The notes: generated by a model not told the origin, from the letters alone. 64,000 bases of DNA from an uncultured delta proteobacterium (GCA_963771465.1 CAVYTU010000015.1:192001-256000), one strand, 5' to 3'. Positions 1 to 9,695 are shown, counted from the first letter of the stretch. Numbers and translations: made by a program.

Positions 1-1
1 G

Positions 2-1546
2 CGTTCGCCTTTGGGCGGGCTCACCGATCAGCAGATTTATGAACTGCATCGGCAAAACTTGCTCGACTACCGCGCCGCCGCGAAACTCGACGTGAAACAT
101 TGCCCGCCAATCCTCGCTCAACTTTACGACACCCTGGCCCAACTCAACGTCGAGACTCGCACCTTGGCGATCGGCGCCGCGGTGGCGCATGTGTTCCAGG
201 TTTTGCCGGTGGAACTGCTCGCCGCCTGCCATTTCCACGGCGAGCAAGCCGTGGCGAATTTGGCAAAGCTCAAGCAACAGGCTGACCAGCTTGGTAGTGA
301 AGGATTGACCACGCTCAAGGAAGCGATCCGCCAACTCGAACGGCGCGTGCTCGACGTTAAAGAAGAAGGCGAAAGCGTGCTCGCCGAGGAAAATCTCGAT
401 GCCGTACGCATTATGAGCATTCACAAATCGAAAGGGCTGGAGTTTCCCGTCGTCGTCTTAGCCGGCTGCCAAGCCGGCACCGAGGGCAGACGCAGCAGCG
501 ACGCGGAATCGACCTACGACTGGTCGACCGGCCTGACCGGGTTACGCATCGGACAGATCGCCGACCTCGCCGGACTCTTCATCCGTGAAAAAACCAGGTT
601 GAGAAACGCCGGCGAGCAAAAACGCTTGCTCTACGTCGCCATGACCCGCGCGCGCGAGCATTTAATCCTCTCCTGCGCGCCGAGCAACCGGCGCTCGAGG
701 GGTAGTTTTCTCGCCATGCTCGACGACACGTTGAACGGCGCCATCGGCGCCGCCGACGCAGCAAAAAGCGTTTCGGTCGGCAACGGTACGATCGAGATTG
801 AAGTCGTGAGCGAAACTCTCAGCGCACCGAGCCGGTCGAACAGTAAAACCCAGCGCGCCAGGAAAAGTCCCAATTGGCAACCCTTCGTCGACACCTGGGC
901 GCGCCGCACGGCGAACTATGAAAAGGCGCAACAAATGGCGCCCTTCATAACCCCGACGAGTTTGAAACGGCAAGAAGAAACCACAACTGAAGCGGGTAAT
1001 AAAGTTAGCCGCCGCATCGAGCGGCAAACCCCGGCTCTCGTTGTCGGCGATCTCGCGCATCGATTTTTGCAAAATTGGCGGTTCACTGGAGAAAGCAAAA
1101 ACTTCCACGAACATCTACGGCAATTCATCGATCACGCGCTGCCGCAAGAACTCCAGGCGGCGCGCGCGGGGATCGAATCGGAACTGCACGATATTCTCAG
1201 CGGCTTTTTTCAGTCCTCCGCTTACTCCGAACTCAAACAAGCAAGTATCCTCGGCCGCGAAGTGCCGCTGCTGATGCCCTGGAACGGCCGGATCATGGAA
1301 GGCGTCATCGATCTCATCTACGAGAAAAATGGCTTGCTTTACCTGGCTGACTATAAGACAGATAGGATCGAATCCAGCGAACTCAAACGAGGCGTCGAGC
1401 GCTATCGTCAGCAGGCGGAAATTTATGTCCAGGCGGCAGAAAAAAGCCTGCAACGCCAGGTGGCGGCGTTTAAGTTAATTTTTCTGCGGCCGGGCGAAGC
1501 CATGGAAGTCGGAACAAAGCTGAATAAAGAATTGACTCTGTTCTAA
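2..1546 (+). CDS. addA: AddA/UvrD-family helicase-nuclease, C-terminal part (5' end outside the window)
   Basis: SF1 helicase motifs MSIHKSKGLEFPVV and RLLYVAMTRAREHL; C-terminal RecB-type nuclease GVIDLIY...ADYKTD...Y..Q; frame is open to the window edge. Confidence 0.85.
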   Translation, partial: RSPLGGLTDQQIYELHRQNLLDYRAAAKLDVKHCPPILAQLYDTLAQLNVETRTLAIGAAVAHVFQVLPVELLAACHFHGEQAVANLAKLKQQADQLGSEGLTTLKEAIRQLERRVLDVKEEGESVLAEENLDAVRIMSIHKSKGLEFPVVVLAGCQAGTEGRRSSDAESTYDWSTGLTGLRIGQIADLAGLFIREKTRLRNAGEQKRLLYVAMTRAREHLILSCAPSNRRSRGSFLAMLDDTLNGAIGAADAAKSVSVGNGTIEIEVVSETLSAPSRSNSKTQRARKSPNWQPFVDTWARRTANYEKAQQMAPFITPTSLKRQEETTTEAGNKVSRRIERQTPALVVGDLAHRFLQNWRFTGESKNFHEHLRQFIDHALPQELQAARAGIESELHDILSGFFQSSAYSELKQASILGREVPLLMPWNGRIMEGVIDLIYEKNGLLYLADYKTDRIESSELKRGVERYRQQAEIYVQAAEKSLQRQVAAFKLIFLRPGEAMEVGTKLNKELTLF

Positions 1547-1577
1547 GTCACGGTTGCCCAACGAGGGTCGAAAACTT

Positions 1578-2168
1578 ATGAAAATCTTTTTCTTCGACAT
1601 CGAAACCGTGCCGACCGAAAAGTCGCTTCAGGAGAATGGTCTCCTCGAAGAGCAAATCAAGCTTGACGAGCCGGAACTCATTAAAAAGCTCAGTCTGTCG
1701 GCCGCCACGGCAAAAATCATCTGCCTGTGTTACGCCATCGACCCACCCGGCGACGCGCCGATCCAAGTCCTCCAAGGCGAGGAAACCGACATCATCAGAA
1801 ACTTCTGGAAGCTTGCCATCGACTGCAATCTCTTCGTCGGCCACAATATTCTCGACTTTGACATGCGCTTTCTCTACCAACGCTCGGTGATCCACCAGAT
1901 CAAACCGTTGCGCGATATCCCGTTCGCCCGCTTCCGCAACGCGCCGATCTTCGACACCATGCAAGAGTGGAGCAAATGGGGCCGCGAACACGTGAGTCTC
2001 GATACCCTAGCAAAAGCCCTCAGCATCCCGTCGCCGAAAGAAAACCTCGACGGCTCTAAAGTATACCCCTACTATCGCGCCGGGAAATTGCCGGAGATCG
2101 TCGAGTATTGCAAACGGGATGTCGATTCGGTCCGGCAGGTTTACAAGCGGCTGACGTTTACGAAATAG
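1578..2168 (+). CDS. DEDDy 3'-5' exonuclease (PolB-exonuclease-like)
   Basis: ExoI FDIET, ExoII GHNILDFD, ExoIII YCKRDV; ATG at 1578. Confidence 0.85.
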   Translation: MKIFFFDIETVPTEKSLQENGLLEEQIKLDEPELIKKLSLSAATAKIICLCYAIDPPGDAPIQVLQGEETDIIRNFWKLAIDCNLFVGHNILDFDMRFLYQRSVIHQIKPLRDIPFARFRNAPIFDTMQEWSKWGREHVSLDTLAKALSIPSPKENLDGSKVYPYYRAGKLPEIVEYCKRDVDSVRQVYKRLTFTK

Positions 2169-2294
2169 CTCCAGGCTCAGCGTAGGTAGATCTGCGGGCG
2201 CGTGTTATGAGGTAGGTTGACGGGCATTTTTCACCGCCTAATTGGTCACTTAATAGTTAACCATGAAGAAACAACGCCAAGAGTGCCGCGCCCA

Positions 2295-2762
2295 ATGAAA
2301 ATTCCGCTTTCTCTACCGGTGGGACCATGCTGGGAACTCGAGGAAGGTGCGGTCGATAGCATGATTTTTCTACAAGCGCTTCCCTCGGCATTTCCTGAAA
2401 CAACCGCCGTTTTCCTCGAAGGTTCATCAATCGCCGCGGATATCGTGCAGATCTTCGAGCAACACATCGACGCTGGTTCATACCTGCCAGAGCCACAGAC
2501 GCTCTGGTCAACGGGTACGATCAAGCGGTTCCGCTGTCGCTTTACCCCTTCCCTCTTTGAAGCGCTTGCCAGCGCCTCTCAGCACCACGCCGAACCAGAG
2601 CTTTTCGATCACATCTTCGTCTACGCAGACCGCCAGGCTGTGCTTGAGTGGCCGGACGCGTTCGCGAACTGCATGTGGATCGCCGATTCCATTTCAGAGA
2701 CACGTGTTAGCGCTTTCGCCACCAAACTAGGCTTGAGCTACAAGTTTGTAGGTCACAGCTAA
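2295..2762 (+). CDS. hypothetical protein
   Basis: ORF with globular-like composition; start chosen at ATG 2295 (ORF track starts at 2217). Confidence 0.6.
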   Translation: MKIPLSLPVGPCWELEEGAVDSMIFLQALPSAFPETTAVFLEGSSIAADIVQIFEQHIDAGSYLPEPQTLWSTGTIKRFRCRFTPSLFEALASASQHHAEPELFDHIFVYADRQAVLEWPDAFANCMWIADSISETRVSAFATKLGLSYKFVGHS

Positions 2763-2850
2763 CCGCGCGTTTGTGAACGGCGGCACCGAAGATCGGCAAC
2801 GCGCCGACTTAACTTAACGTCCCCATAACTAGAATGGTTTGCCCGCTCGT

Positions 2851-2879
2851 TTGACTCCCTTTCCGTCAGACTATAAATT
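2851..2879 (+). promoter_or_regulatory. putative sigma70 promoter for the cupin-eutA genes
   Basis: TTGACT-17 nt-TAAATT about 100 bp upstream of the AAGGAGG RBS and ATG 2984. Confidence 0.4.
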
Positions 2880-2983
2880 GATTGAATACATGCGCCGATC
2901 TTAAGCAGTTTGTTCTTTGCCGAGTCCGCAGATTCTGATCGATATAAGATCGTCACGACAACAACATCTTCTAAGGAGGCATT

Positions 2984-4180
2984 ATGGATCATCCGACCGA
3001 GCAGGCATTTAAGGAACCGACAGACAATAAAACCAGGGCCGGACTAGGGAAATTTCTCCGGCCCAACACGCCTTATGACAACTTCATGGAAGCGCAGGGG
3101 ATTCCGATTTATCGCGATATCGGCGTGCGCCGGGTGCAGGACTTGCCACGCAAACCGTGGAAGCGCATGGGCGGCAACGGCACGTTTATTCAACTGCTCG
3201 GCACCGAAGGGCTGTGGGGCAGTTATGTCGTCGAAGTTCCCGGCGCCGGGGCGTTGAATCCTGAAAAGCATCTCTACGAAGAGCAGTATCTCGTCGTTGA
3301 CGGCCGCGGCACGACGGAAGTCTGGGTAGATGGCAATCCAAAGAAGCTAACCTTCGAATGGCAGAGAGGTTCGATCTTCGCCATTCCGATGAACGCGACG
3401 CACCGCATCGTCAACGCCACTTCCAGTCCAGCACTCTTATTAGCTGGGACCACGGCGCCAAACATTATGAACAACTTCGGCAATGAAGATTTTATCTTCA
3501 ATTGTCCCTATCAATTCAAAGACCGCTTCGATCCCACCGACGATTATTTCAAATACAAAGAAGATGTGACGCCTGACCCCTTGCGCGGTCTCGCCATGCG
3601 CAAGACCAACATCATTCCCGACGTCATGAATTGCGAACTGCCGATGGATAACCGCCGCTCGCCGGGCTATCGGCGCATCGAACCGCATATGGCGGGACAG
3701 CATTTCTATTTTTGGATCGGCCAACATGAAACCGGCCGCTATTCCAAAGCTCACGCGCACGGCTCCGCCGCGGTGCTGATCTGTCTCAGCGGCAAAGGCT
3801 ACACTTACACCTGGCCGTCGAAGTTGGGCACGCATCCCTGGGAAAAAGGCACAACGGAAGAAATCCGCCGCCAAGATTACGAGCCAGTCGGCATGGTCAG
3901 CGCGGCGCCGATGAGCGGCAACTGGTTCCACGCCCATTTCGGCGCCAGCAAAGAGCCTCTGCGTCTTACCGCCTGGTTCGGCCCCAATGCGCCAGGACGT
4001 GACCGTGGCCGTCCCGGCGAAAAAGCGATCGACTACGGCGCCATCGACATGAAAGACGGCGGCACTGCGGTTCCATACAACGAAGAAGATCCCTTCCTGC
4101 GTAAAGAATTCGAAGAGACGCTAGCGGCCGTTGGCGCCAAGTCGCGCATGGAGCCCGATCTTTACAAGAACTCCTACTAA
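2984..4180 (+). CDS. bicupin metalloprotein (gentisate-dioxygenase-like fold)
   Basis: Two cupin motif sets: EKHLYEEQYLVVDGRG...PMNATH and SKAHAHGSAAVLICLSGKG...NWFHAHF; strong RBS. Confidence 0.85.
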   Translation: MDHPTEQAFKEPTDNKTRAGLGKFLRPNTPYDNFMEAQGIPIYRDIGVRRVQDLPRKPWKRMGGNGTFIQLLGTEGLWGSYVVEVPGAGALNPEKHLYEEQYLVVDGRGTTEVWVDGNPKKLTFEWQRGSIFAIPMNATHRIVNATSSPALLLAGTTAPNIMNNFGNEDFIFNCPYQFKDRFDPTDDYFKYKEDVTPDPLRGLAMRKTNIIPDVMNCELPMDNRRSPGYRRIEPHMAGQHFYFWIGQHETGRYSKAHAHGSAAVLICLSGKGYTYTWPSKLGTHPWEKGTTEEIRRQDYEPVGMVSAAPMSGNWFHAHFGASKEPLRLTAWFGPNAPGRDRGRPGEKAIDYGAIDMKDGGTAVPYNEEDPFLRKEFEETLAAVGAKSRMEPDLYKNSY

Positions 4181-4191
4181 ACTCGTCTCGC

Positions 4192-4252
4192 GTCCAGCGT
4201 CTGGGTTCTAAGGTACCAATGAATTCCAGACGCTGGACTCTTAACTTTTTTA
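4192..4252 (+). terminator. intergenic hairpin with T-rich tail (terminator or attenuator-like)
   Basis: GTCCAGCGTCTGG (4192-4204) and CCAGACGCTGGAC (4226-4238) form a perfect 13-bp inverted repeat followed by TCTTAACTTTTTT. Confidence 0.5.
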
Positions 4253-4268
4253 CTGAATAAGGATTTCA

Positions 4269-5753
4269 ATGGCCACCGCACCTAGAGGTTCGTTTTCCAA
4301 TGCCAACCGCCACATGCAGGACGAAGAAAATCTTCGGCTCACCAGCGTCGGTGTCGATATCGGCTCCTCGACATCGCATCTGGTATTTTCCCGGCTCGAA
4401 CTGACCCTCGAAGGTTCGCGTTATCGCGTGACCAAACGCGACATCTTGAACGAATCGCAAATACTGCTCACACCCTACGTCGACGACACCCGCATCGATG
4501 TCGAAGCGCTCGGCGCGTTTATCAACCAGCAATACAAAGACGCAAAAATTCGCCGCGAGGAAGTCGACACCGGCGCATTGATTCTGACCGGCGTCGCCGT
4601 GCGCCGGCGTAACGCCCGCGCTATTGCCGATCTATTCGCGCAGGAGGCCGGCAAATTCGTCGCCGTTAGCGCCGGCGACGGCCTTGAAGCCACCATGGCT
4701 GGACACGGCTCGGGCGCGGTGGCGCACTCGGGAAAGATCGGCGGCGTAGTTTTGAATATCGACGTCGGCGGCGGCACGAGCAAGTTTGCGCTTTGTAACA
4801 ATGGCAAGGTGCAAGAAGTTTCCGCCATCGACATCGGCGCGCGCCTGCTGGCTTTCGACAACGACGGCGCCATCGTGCGCATCGAAGAGGCGGGACGAAA
4901 ACACGCCGCCTGGGCCGGCTTCGCCGTCGAACTCGGACAGAAAGTTTCAGAAGAAAATCTGCGCAAGATGGTCGCGGGGATGATGGATAAGCTTTTTGCC
5001 ATGCTGAAGCCGGAGCCGCTTAGCGATGACGTCAAGAGTTTGCTCCGGCTGCCGTCGCTTACGTTCAAGGGCGAAATTGATTGCGTGATGTTTTCCGGCG
5101 GAGTATCCGAGTTTATTTACAATCGGAGTAAATCGACTTTCGGCGATCTTGGGCCGCTGATCGCCGACGAGGTGCACCGGCGCATGGCCGACTTGGATCT
5201 GCTGGTGATGGAACCCAACGCGCGCATTCGCGCCACCGTCATCGGCGCCTCCCAGTACACCGTCCAGGTGAGTGGCAATACCATTTTCATTGCGCCCGAC
5301 GACGCTGTCCCGGTGCGCAACGTCGGCGTCGTCGCGCCGGAGTTCCCGCTCAACCAAGAGGATTTCACCAAAGAGCAGGTTCGCGATGCGCTGCTCAGCG
5401 CGCTGCGCCGGCTCGACCTGCTGCACGGTCGCCAGCCCGTCGCCGTGGCGTTTCACTGGGACGGCTCAGCGACCTTTCACCGGCTGCAAGCGTTTTGCAG
5501 CGGTGTCGTCGAAGGGCTCAAAGATATTATGGCCAAAGGCCACCCGCTTATTCTGGTCAATGACGGCGACATCGGCGGCATTGTCGGCCTTCACTTCCAG
5601 GAAGAGTTAAAAATCGACAGTGCCATTGTGTCCATCGACGGCATCGCGCTCAACGACTTCGACTACATCGATGTTGGCGCTCTGATTCCCTCGTCGGGCT
5701 CGGTACCCGTCGTCATCAAATCGCTGATCTTCCCCGCCTCGCCGCAAGAATAG
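4269..5753 (+). CDS. eutA: EutA-like reactivating factor (ASKHA ATPase)
   Basis: SVGVDIGSSTSHLVFSRL, DTGALILTG, LNIDVGGGTS, FSGGVSE, IRATVIGASQYTVQVSGNTI and C-terminal VPVVIKSLIF match EutA signatures. Confidence 0.85.
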   Translation: MATAPRGSFSNANRHMQDEENLRLTSVGVDIGSSTSHLVFSRLELTLEGSRYRVTKRDILNESQILLTPYVDDTRIDVEALGAFINQQYKDAKIRREEVDTGALILTGVAVRRRNARAIADLFAQEAGKFVAVSAGDGLEATMAGHGSGAVAHSGKIGGVVLNIDVGGGTSKFALCNNGKVQEVSAIDIGARLLAFDNDGAIVRIEEAGRKHAAWAGFAVELGQKVSEENLRKMVAGMMDKLFAMLKPEPLSDDVKSLLRLPSLTFKGEIDCVMFSGGVSEFIYNRSKSTFGDLGPLIADEVHRRMADLDLLVMEPNARIRATVIGASQYTVQVSGNTIFIAPDDAVPVRNVGVVAPEFPLNQEDFTKEQVRDALLSALRRLDLLHGRQPVAVAFHWDGSATFHRLQAFCSGVVEGLKDIMAKGHPLILVNDGDIGGIVGLHFQEELKIDSAIVSIDGIALNDFDYIDVGALIPSSGSVPVVIKSLIFPASPQE

Positions 5754-6031
5754 CGATCGTATCTTCACTGCGAATCCAAAATGCCGGGAAGGTTTTTTAA
5801 TCTCCCGGCATGGACGGCGCCAAGGCCACAGTCTGCACAAGCGATTGGCCGTGATGCCGGCGACTACCCCATCTCATCGGTGGATCTTGGCAGAAAACTA
5901 TCCAGGCCCGATTTAGCGCCAAATGTGCGCACAAATGTCTCCCGTTGGACAAGAAGTTTCCCGACTCGGGGTAATCCGGGCAAGCTATTGGAAACTCGTC
6001 AGATTTATCACGCGAACGGGCGAATACTCGC

Positions 6032-6060
6032 TTGACTTTGGGGGCGCATACGCATAGATA
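6032..6060 (+). promoter_or_regulatory. putative sigma70 promoter
   Basis: TTGACT-17 nt-TAGATA upstream of ATG 6087. Confidence 0.4.
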
Positions 6061-6086
6061 GTTGCGCCAATAACTGAGTCAACTGC

Positions 6087-6914
6087 ATGTCCAAGTACCG
6101 CGCCCGGCTTTGTCCGAACTGTAATTTCTTTATCGGCTTTGCGATCACTCAACATCGCACCCACGGGATCAAGTCCTCGCTGACGAATTTTTGTCTCAAT
6201 TGCAACTATAAGCTGCCTGTGCTTAGTATTATTCGTGGGGTTAGAAAATCATCCCGACCGACACGACACCACTCGAAGCTTCGACTCGTTGGCGCCACGC
6301 CGCCGTCCGCCAGCGTTGGCGTTGGAACTAAAACTATGGAAGCGAGAATAAGCCCAAGCGATTATGCTCGTCATCTAAGAGCGATCGGACAGGACCTGGA
6401 AAATCTCCATTTGAGGGCATTCAATCTCGAATGTACCGGCAGCGCCTATTTGGTTTGGGTTCGTTTCGAGGAGCAGCCCGAAAGCAGCAATCCGCTCTTT
6501 CGTATCAGCCGCAACCGGCTGCAAAAACTATGGCGTAACAAGATTCCGCCGCGCGTCCTCGGCCAGGAAGAACCCTATCAGCTTCCCTCTGCCGAGACTG
6601 GCAGGAGATTACGTTATTCGGTCGCCGAGCTGGACCGCATTGAGCGCGAACAGCGCGCCCGGCGGCGCCAGCAAAGCGGCACCGCCGACGGCCATTCGCT
6701 CTCCCAGTTACTGCGCACCATTGGCGATCTGGCTGGACGAAAGAACGAACGGTTGTTAGGCATTTCCTGGCAGGAACTTTCAGTCAGTATGGTAGTTGAA
6801 ACGCCGGAAGGCCGTAAAGAGATCGATGTTTTCCGGCCAGACAATCTCTACGATCAGTGGGTTAGAATGTATCTGCGGCGCGACAACCTCGCGTTTTCCG
6901 ACCCGTCACGCTAG
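6087..6914 (+). CDS. hypothetical protein with N-terminal Zn-ribbon-like motif
   Basis: CPNC...CLNC at the N-terminus; internal repeat LRAIGQ / LRTIGD. Confidence 0.7.
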   Translation: MSKYRARLCPNCNFFIGFAITQHRTHGIKSSLTNFCLNCNYKLPVLSIIRGVRKSSRPTRHHSKLRLVGATPPSASVGVGTKTMEARISPSDYARHLRAIGQDLENLHLRAFNLECTGSAYLVWVRFEEQPESSNPLFRISRNRLQKLWRNKIPPRVLGQEEPYQLPSAETGRRLRYSVAELDRIEREQRARRRQQSGTADGHSLSQLLRTIGDLAGRKNERLLGISWQELSVSMVVETPEGRKEIDVFRPDNLYDQWVRMYLRRDNLAFSDPSR

Positions 6915-6964
6915 GCGCCAGACCGGCGCGCTTGCGCAACTCTGAAATTCTCCGTGCAGACAAT

Positions 6965-8863
6965 TTAGTGTTGGCGCATCGCCGCGCCGGCGCGTTCTGT
7001 GATAAGCAATAACTGTTCGTGCCCGGTCACGAGCTTGGCCAACGGCGCCGGAATTTGCAAAACAAACGTCGACCCCTGCCCAGCGCGACTCTCGACATGC
7101 ACCTTTCCGCCGAGCAGATCGACGTACTTCTTGACTACGTAAAGTCCGAGACCCATGCCGCCGCGCTGCATCCTCGCATCGGCGTCGTGAACTTGGCGGA
7201 ATCGTTCGAATACCGCGGCGATCTGTTCCTCAGGAATCCCCACGCCGGTGTCGGCGATGGTAAAATACAACATTTTTTTAGCCGCTAGATACTTGGTCGA
7301 AACGGTAATCGTGCCGTGATCGGTGAATTTGATGGCGTTGTTGATCAGATTTTCCAATATCCGTTTGAGCTTGCCCCGGTCACCCTGGAGAGTGGGAAAG
7401 TCGTCCGGATAGTCCCAAACGAATTTTACATTTTTCCCCAGCGGCTGGTCATATTGCAGTCTTAACTCGGAAAGGAACTCCCAGAGGCTCATGTCCTGCA
7501 ACTGGATGCGCAATGTCTCCGCCTCCATGGAGCTCACCTGGAGCACGCTGTTGATTAGGCGATTAAGATCTTTGGACTGGCGCGCCACGGTTTCGATCGC
7601 TTTTTCCTGGATCGGCGTCATCGAACCGAGCAATCCATCGCGAAACATATCTGTGTAACCGGTAATCACACTAAGCGGCGTCTTGAGCTCGGTGGTCACC
7701 GCTTTCAAAAAATCATCTTTGATGTGATGGGCATGACGCAGTTCTGCGCCTTGCTGCTGGCTGCGATCGTATAATTGCACGTGATGGATAGCGATCGCCG
7801 CTTGTCCGGCGAGGGTCGATAAAAAATCCACTTCATCGGCGCCAAACTGATGCGCCTCACGGGTGAAAAACGCCAAAGCGCCGAGCGCCTCATTGTTGGC
7901 GATCAGCGGCAAATCGAGAAACGCCACCAACCCTTCATCTTTCAATAATTGGAGGTGCGCGACCTCGGGGTCGGCAAAAGCATTGCCAACGGTCAATGGG
8001 ATAGCTTCGGTTACGACACGATCGATGAAATTGAGCAGCTCTTTTGACTCGCTAAAACGCGTCATATCAACGCCCCGCGTCGCCGCCGTTTCAAGCAGCC
8101 CGGTATCATGGCTCTTGAGCCGCACGATCGCCGCCGCGTAGGGCAGATGAATCAGCGCGCAGTCGAGAAATGCCTCCAGAATCTTGGCACTATCGATCGT
8201 CGAGGTCACCGACAAGTTAACTTTATGCAAAACCTCCAGGCGCTCCCGTTGGCGACGAATTTCTTCCGCCGTTTTTTGTTGGCGCTGGACTTGTTCTTCC
8301 TTCTGCCGAGCGCTGCGCCGCATCCGTGCAACTTGGGCGAAATAGCCGTAGAAAAGCGAAATGACATAAGGAAACGGCAGCCGCAGATAGATTTCCGGCG
8401 GTAGCACAGCGGCAGAACTAAACACCGAGTACGCATATATGGCCGGCGCCAGGAAGGTAACGACGAGCAGTCCGCGAACATCATTACAAATCGTGCTCAA
8501 CACCAAAGTCGTAACGCAAGCTATTAAGAAATCGGTGTTGGCAGTGCCGCTAAAACTAAGCGCGACGGCCAGAACCAGCGAATCAAACACCAGTAACGGC
8601 CCGTAAAAATAGGGCGAATCGAATAAGTCGTCGGCGACAAAATACAAGGTGGCGTGACTCAGGAGATAAAGACTCAAAATCGCCTGCACTTGATTCGCGG
8701 TCAACCACGCCGCCGGACTGTAATAGAGAAGATATGAGGACAGAATCACCAGCGGCCAGCGCAATCGGATGACCGTGTCTTTTTTAGCCGCATCGAAGAT
8801 GCGGTCTAGACTCCAGCTGCGCGAATTCGCGTGTGTGGAGTTGATAGCGCGGGTTGTGTCCAT
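6965..8863 (-). CDS. membrane GAF sensor histidine kinase-like protein
   Basis: N-terminal TM helices, GAF, HisKA-like region (VTTELKTPL) and HATPase (NLINNAIKFT, DTGVGI, GMGLGL, GQGSTF). Confidence 0.9.
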   Translation of the reverse strand: MDTTRAINSTHANSRSWSLDRIFDAAKKDTVIRLRWPLVILSSYLLYYSPAAWLTANQVQAILSLYLLSHATLYFVADDLFDSPYFYGPLLVFDSLVLAVALSFSGTANTDFLIACVTTLVLSTICNDVRGLLVVTFLAPAIYAYSVFSSAAVLPPEIYLRLPFPYVISLFYGYFAQVARMRRSARQKEEQVQRQQKTAEEIRRQRERLEVLHKVNLSVTSTIDSAKILEAFLDCALIHLPYAAAIVRLKSHDTGLLETAATRGVDMTRFSESKELLNFIDRVVTEAIPLTVGNAFADPEVAHLQLLKDEGLVAFLDLPLIANNEALGALAFFTREAHQFGADEVDFLSTLAGQAAIAIHHVQLYDRSQQQGAELRHAHHIKDDFLKAVTTELKTPLSVITGYTDMFRDGLLGSMTPIQEKAIETVARQSKDLNRLINSVLQVSSMEAETLRIQLQDMSLWEFLSELRLQYDQPLGKNVKFVWDYPDDFPTLQGDRGKLKRILENLINNAIKFTDHGTITVSTKYLAAKKMLYFTIADTGVGIPEEQIAAVFERFRQVHDADARMQRGGMGLGLYVVKKYVDLLGGKVHVESRAGQGSTFVLQIPAPLAKLVTGHEQLLLITERAGAAMRQH

Positions 8864-9114
8864 AGCAGAATTTCTGAGTGAGTGCGCAGTTACGACAGAT
8901 CAACGTCAATGACGTAAAACTGCATTTAACATGCCAGTGCTACCGTCTGATTGCACTTGGCTCGGTCAAAAATTCCACAAGGAATCCAATGAGTTGTCAC
9001 TGTGGGAGAATCGATCGCGGAAAACTTCTAACGAGCCAACGGCCAAATTACACCGATGTGGAACATTTTTGTCAGGGCCGGGTGAATGACCGACATGATC
9101 GATGAATGGGGCGA

Positions 9115-9140
9115 ATTTGTTCGGACATGTCCGAACAAAT
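9115..9140. repeat. perfect 26-bp palindrome
   Basis: ATTTGTTCGGACATGTCCGAACAAAT equals its own reverse complement. Confidence 0.9.
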
Positions 9141-9167
9141 CGATCCTGCATGCGGCAATTCGGTAGA

Positions 9168-9638
9168 CTATGCGCGCAGTTTTTCCTGCGCCGCGCGCAC
9201 TGCTCGCAGGATATCGGCATAACCGGCGCAGCGGCAAAGATTGCCGGCAAGATATTCACGTATTTCTTCATCGCTAGGATTGGGATTCTCTTCGAGCAGC
9301 ACTTTTACTGAGAGCACGAAGCCGGGTGTACAGTAGGCGCATTGCAATGCCCGCTCCTCGACCCACGCTTGCTGGATCGGATGGAGCGACTCACCGTCGC
9401 TCAACCCTTCCACAGTCGTAATATTGTGTCCGGCAGCGCGTGCCGCGAGTAAAAAGCACGAGCTCACCGGCTTGCCGTCGAGCAATACTGTGCACGTCCC
9501 ACAGGCGCCGACACCGCAGCCTTCGCGCACGCTCCAAAACTTGAAGTGATCGCGCAAGACTTCGAGCAGTGTGTCGGCGTCGTCGATGGCGAAGCTCTCC
9601 ACGCGCTGGTTGATCGTAAGTGTGATGTCGCGCTTCAT
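9168..9638 (-). CDS. molybdenum hydroxylase small (2Fe-2S) subunit, CoxS/CutS-like
   Basis: EGCGVGACGTCTVL, QCAYCTPG, GNLCRCAGY. Confidence 0.93.
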   Translation of the reverse strand: MKRDITLTINQRVESFAIDDADTLLEVLRDHFKFWSVREGCGVGACGTCTVLLDGKPVSSCFLLAARAAGHNITTVEGLSDGESLHPIQQAWVEERALQCAYCTPGFVLSVKVLLEENPNPSDEEIREYLAGNLCRCAGYADILRAVRAAQEKLRA

Positions 9639-9695
9639 CGTTTCAATCCCTTACCGCGGCCGCGATTGTCCGTACACTGCGAAGTTTGCCACGGG

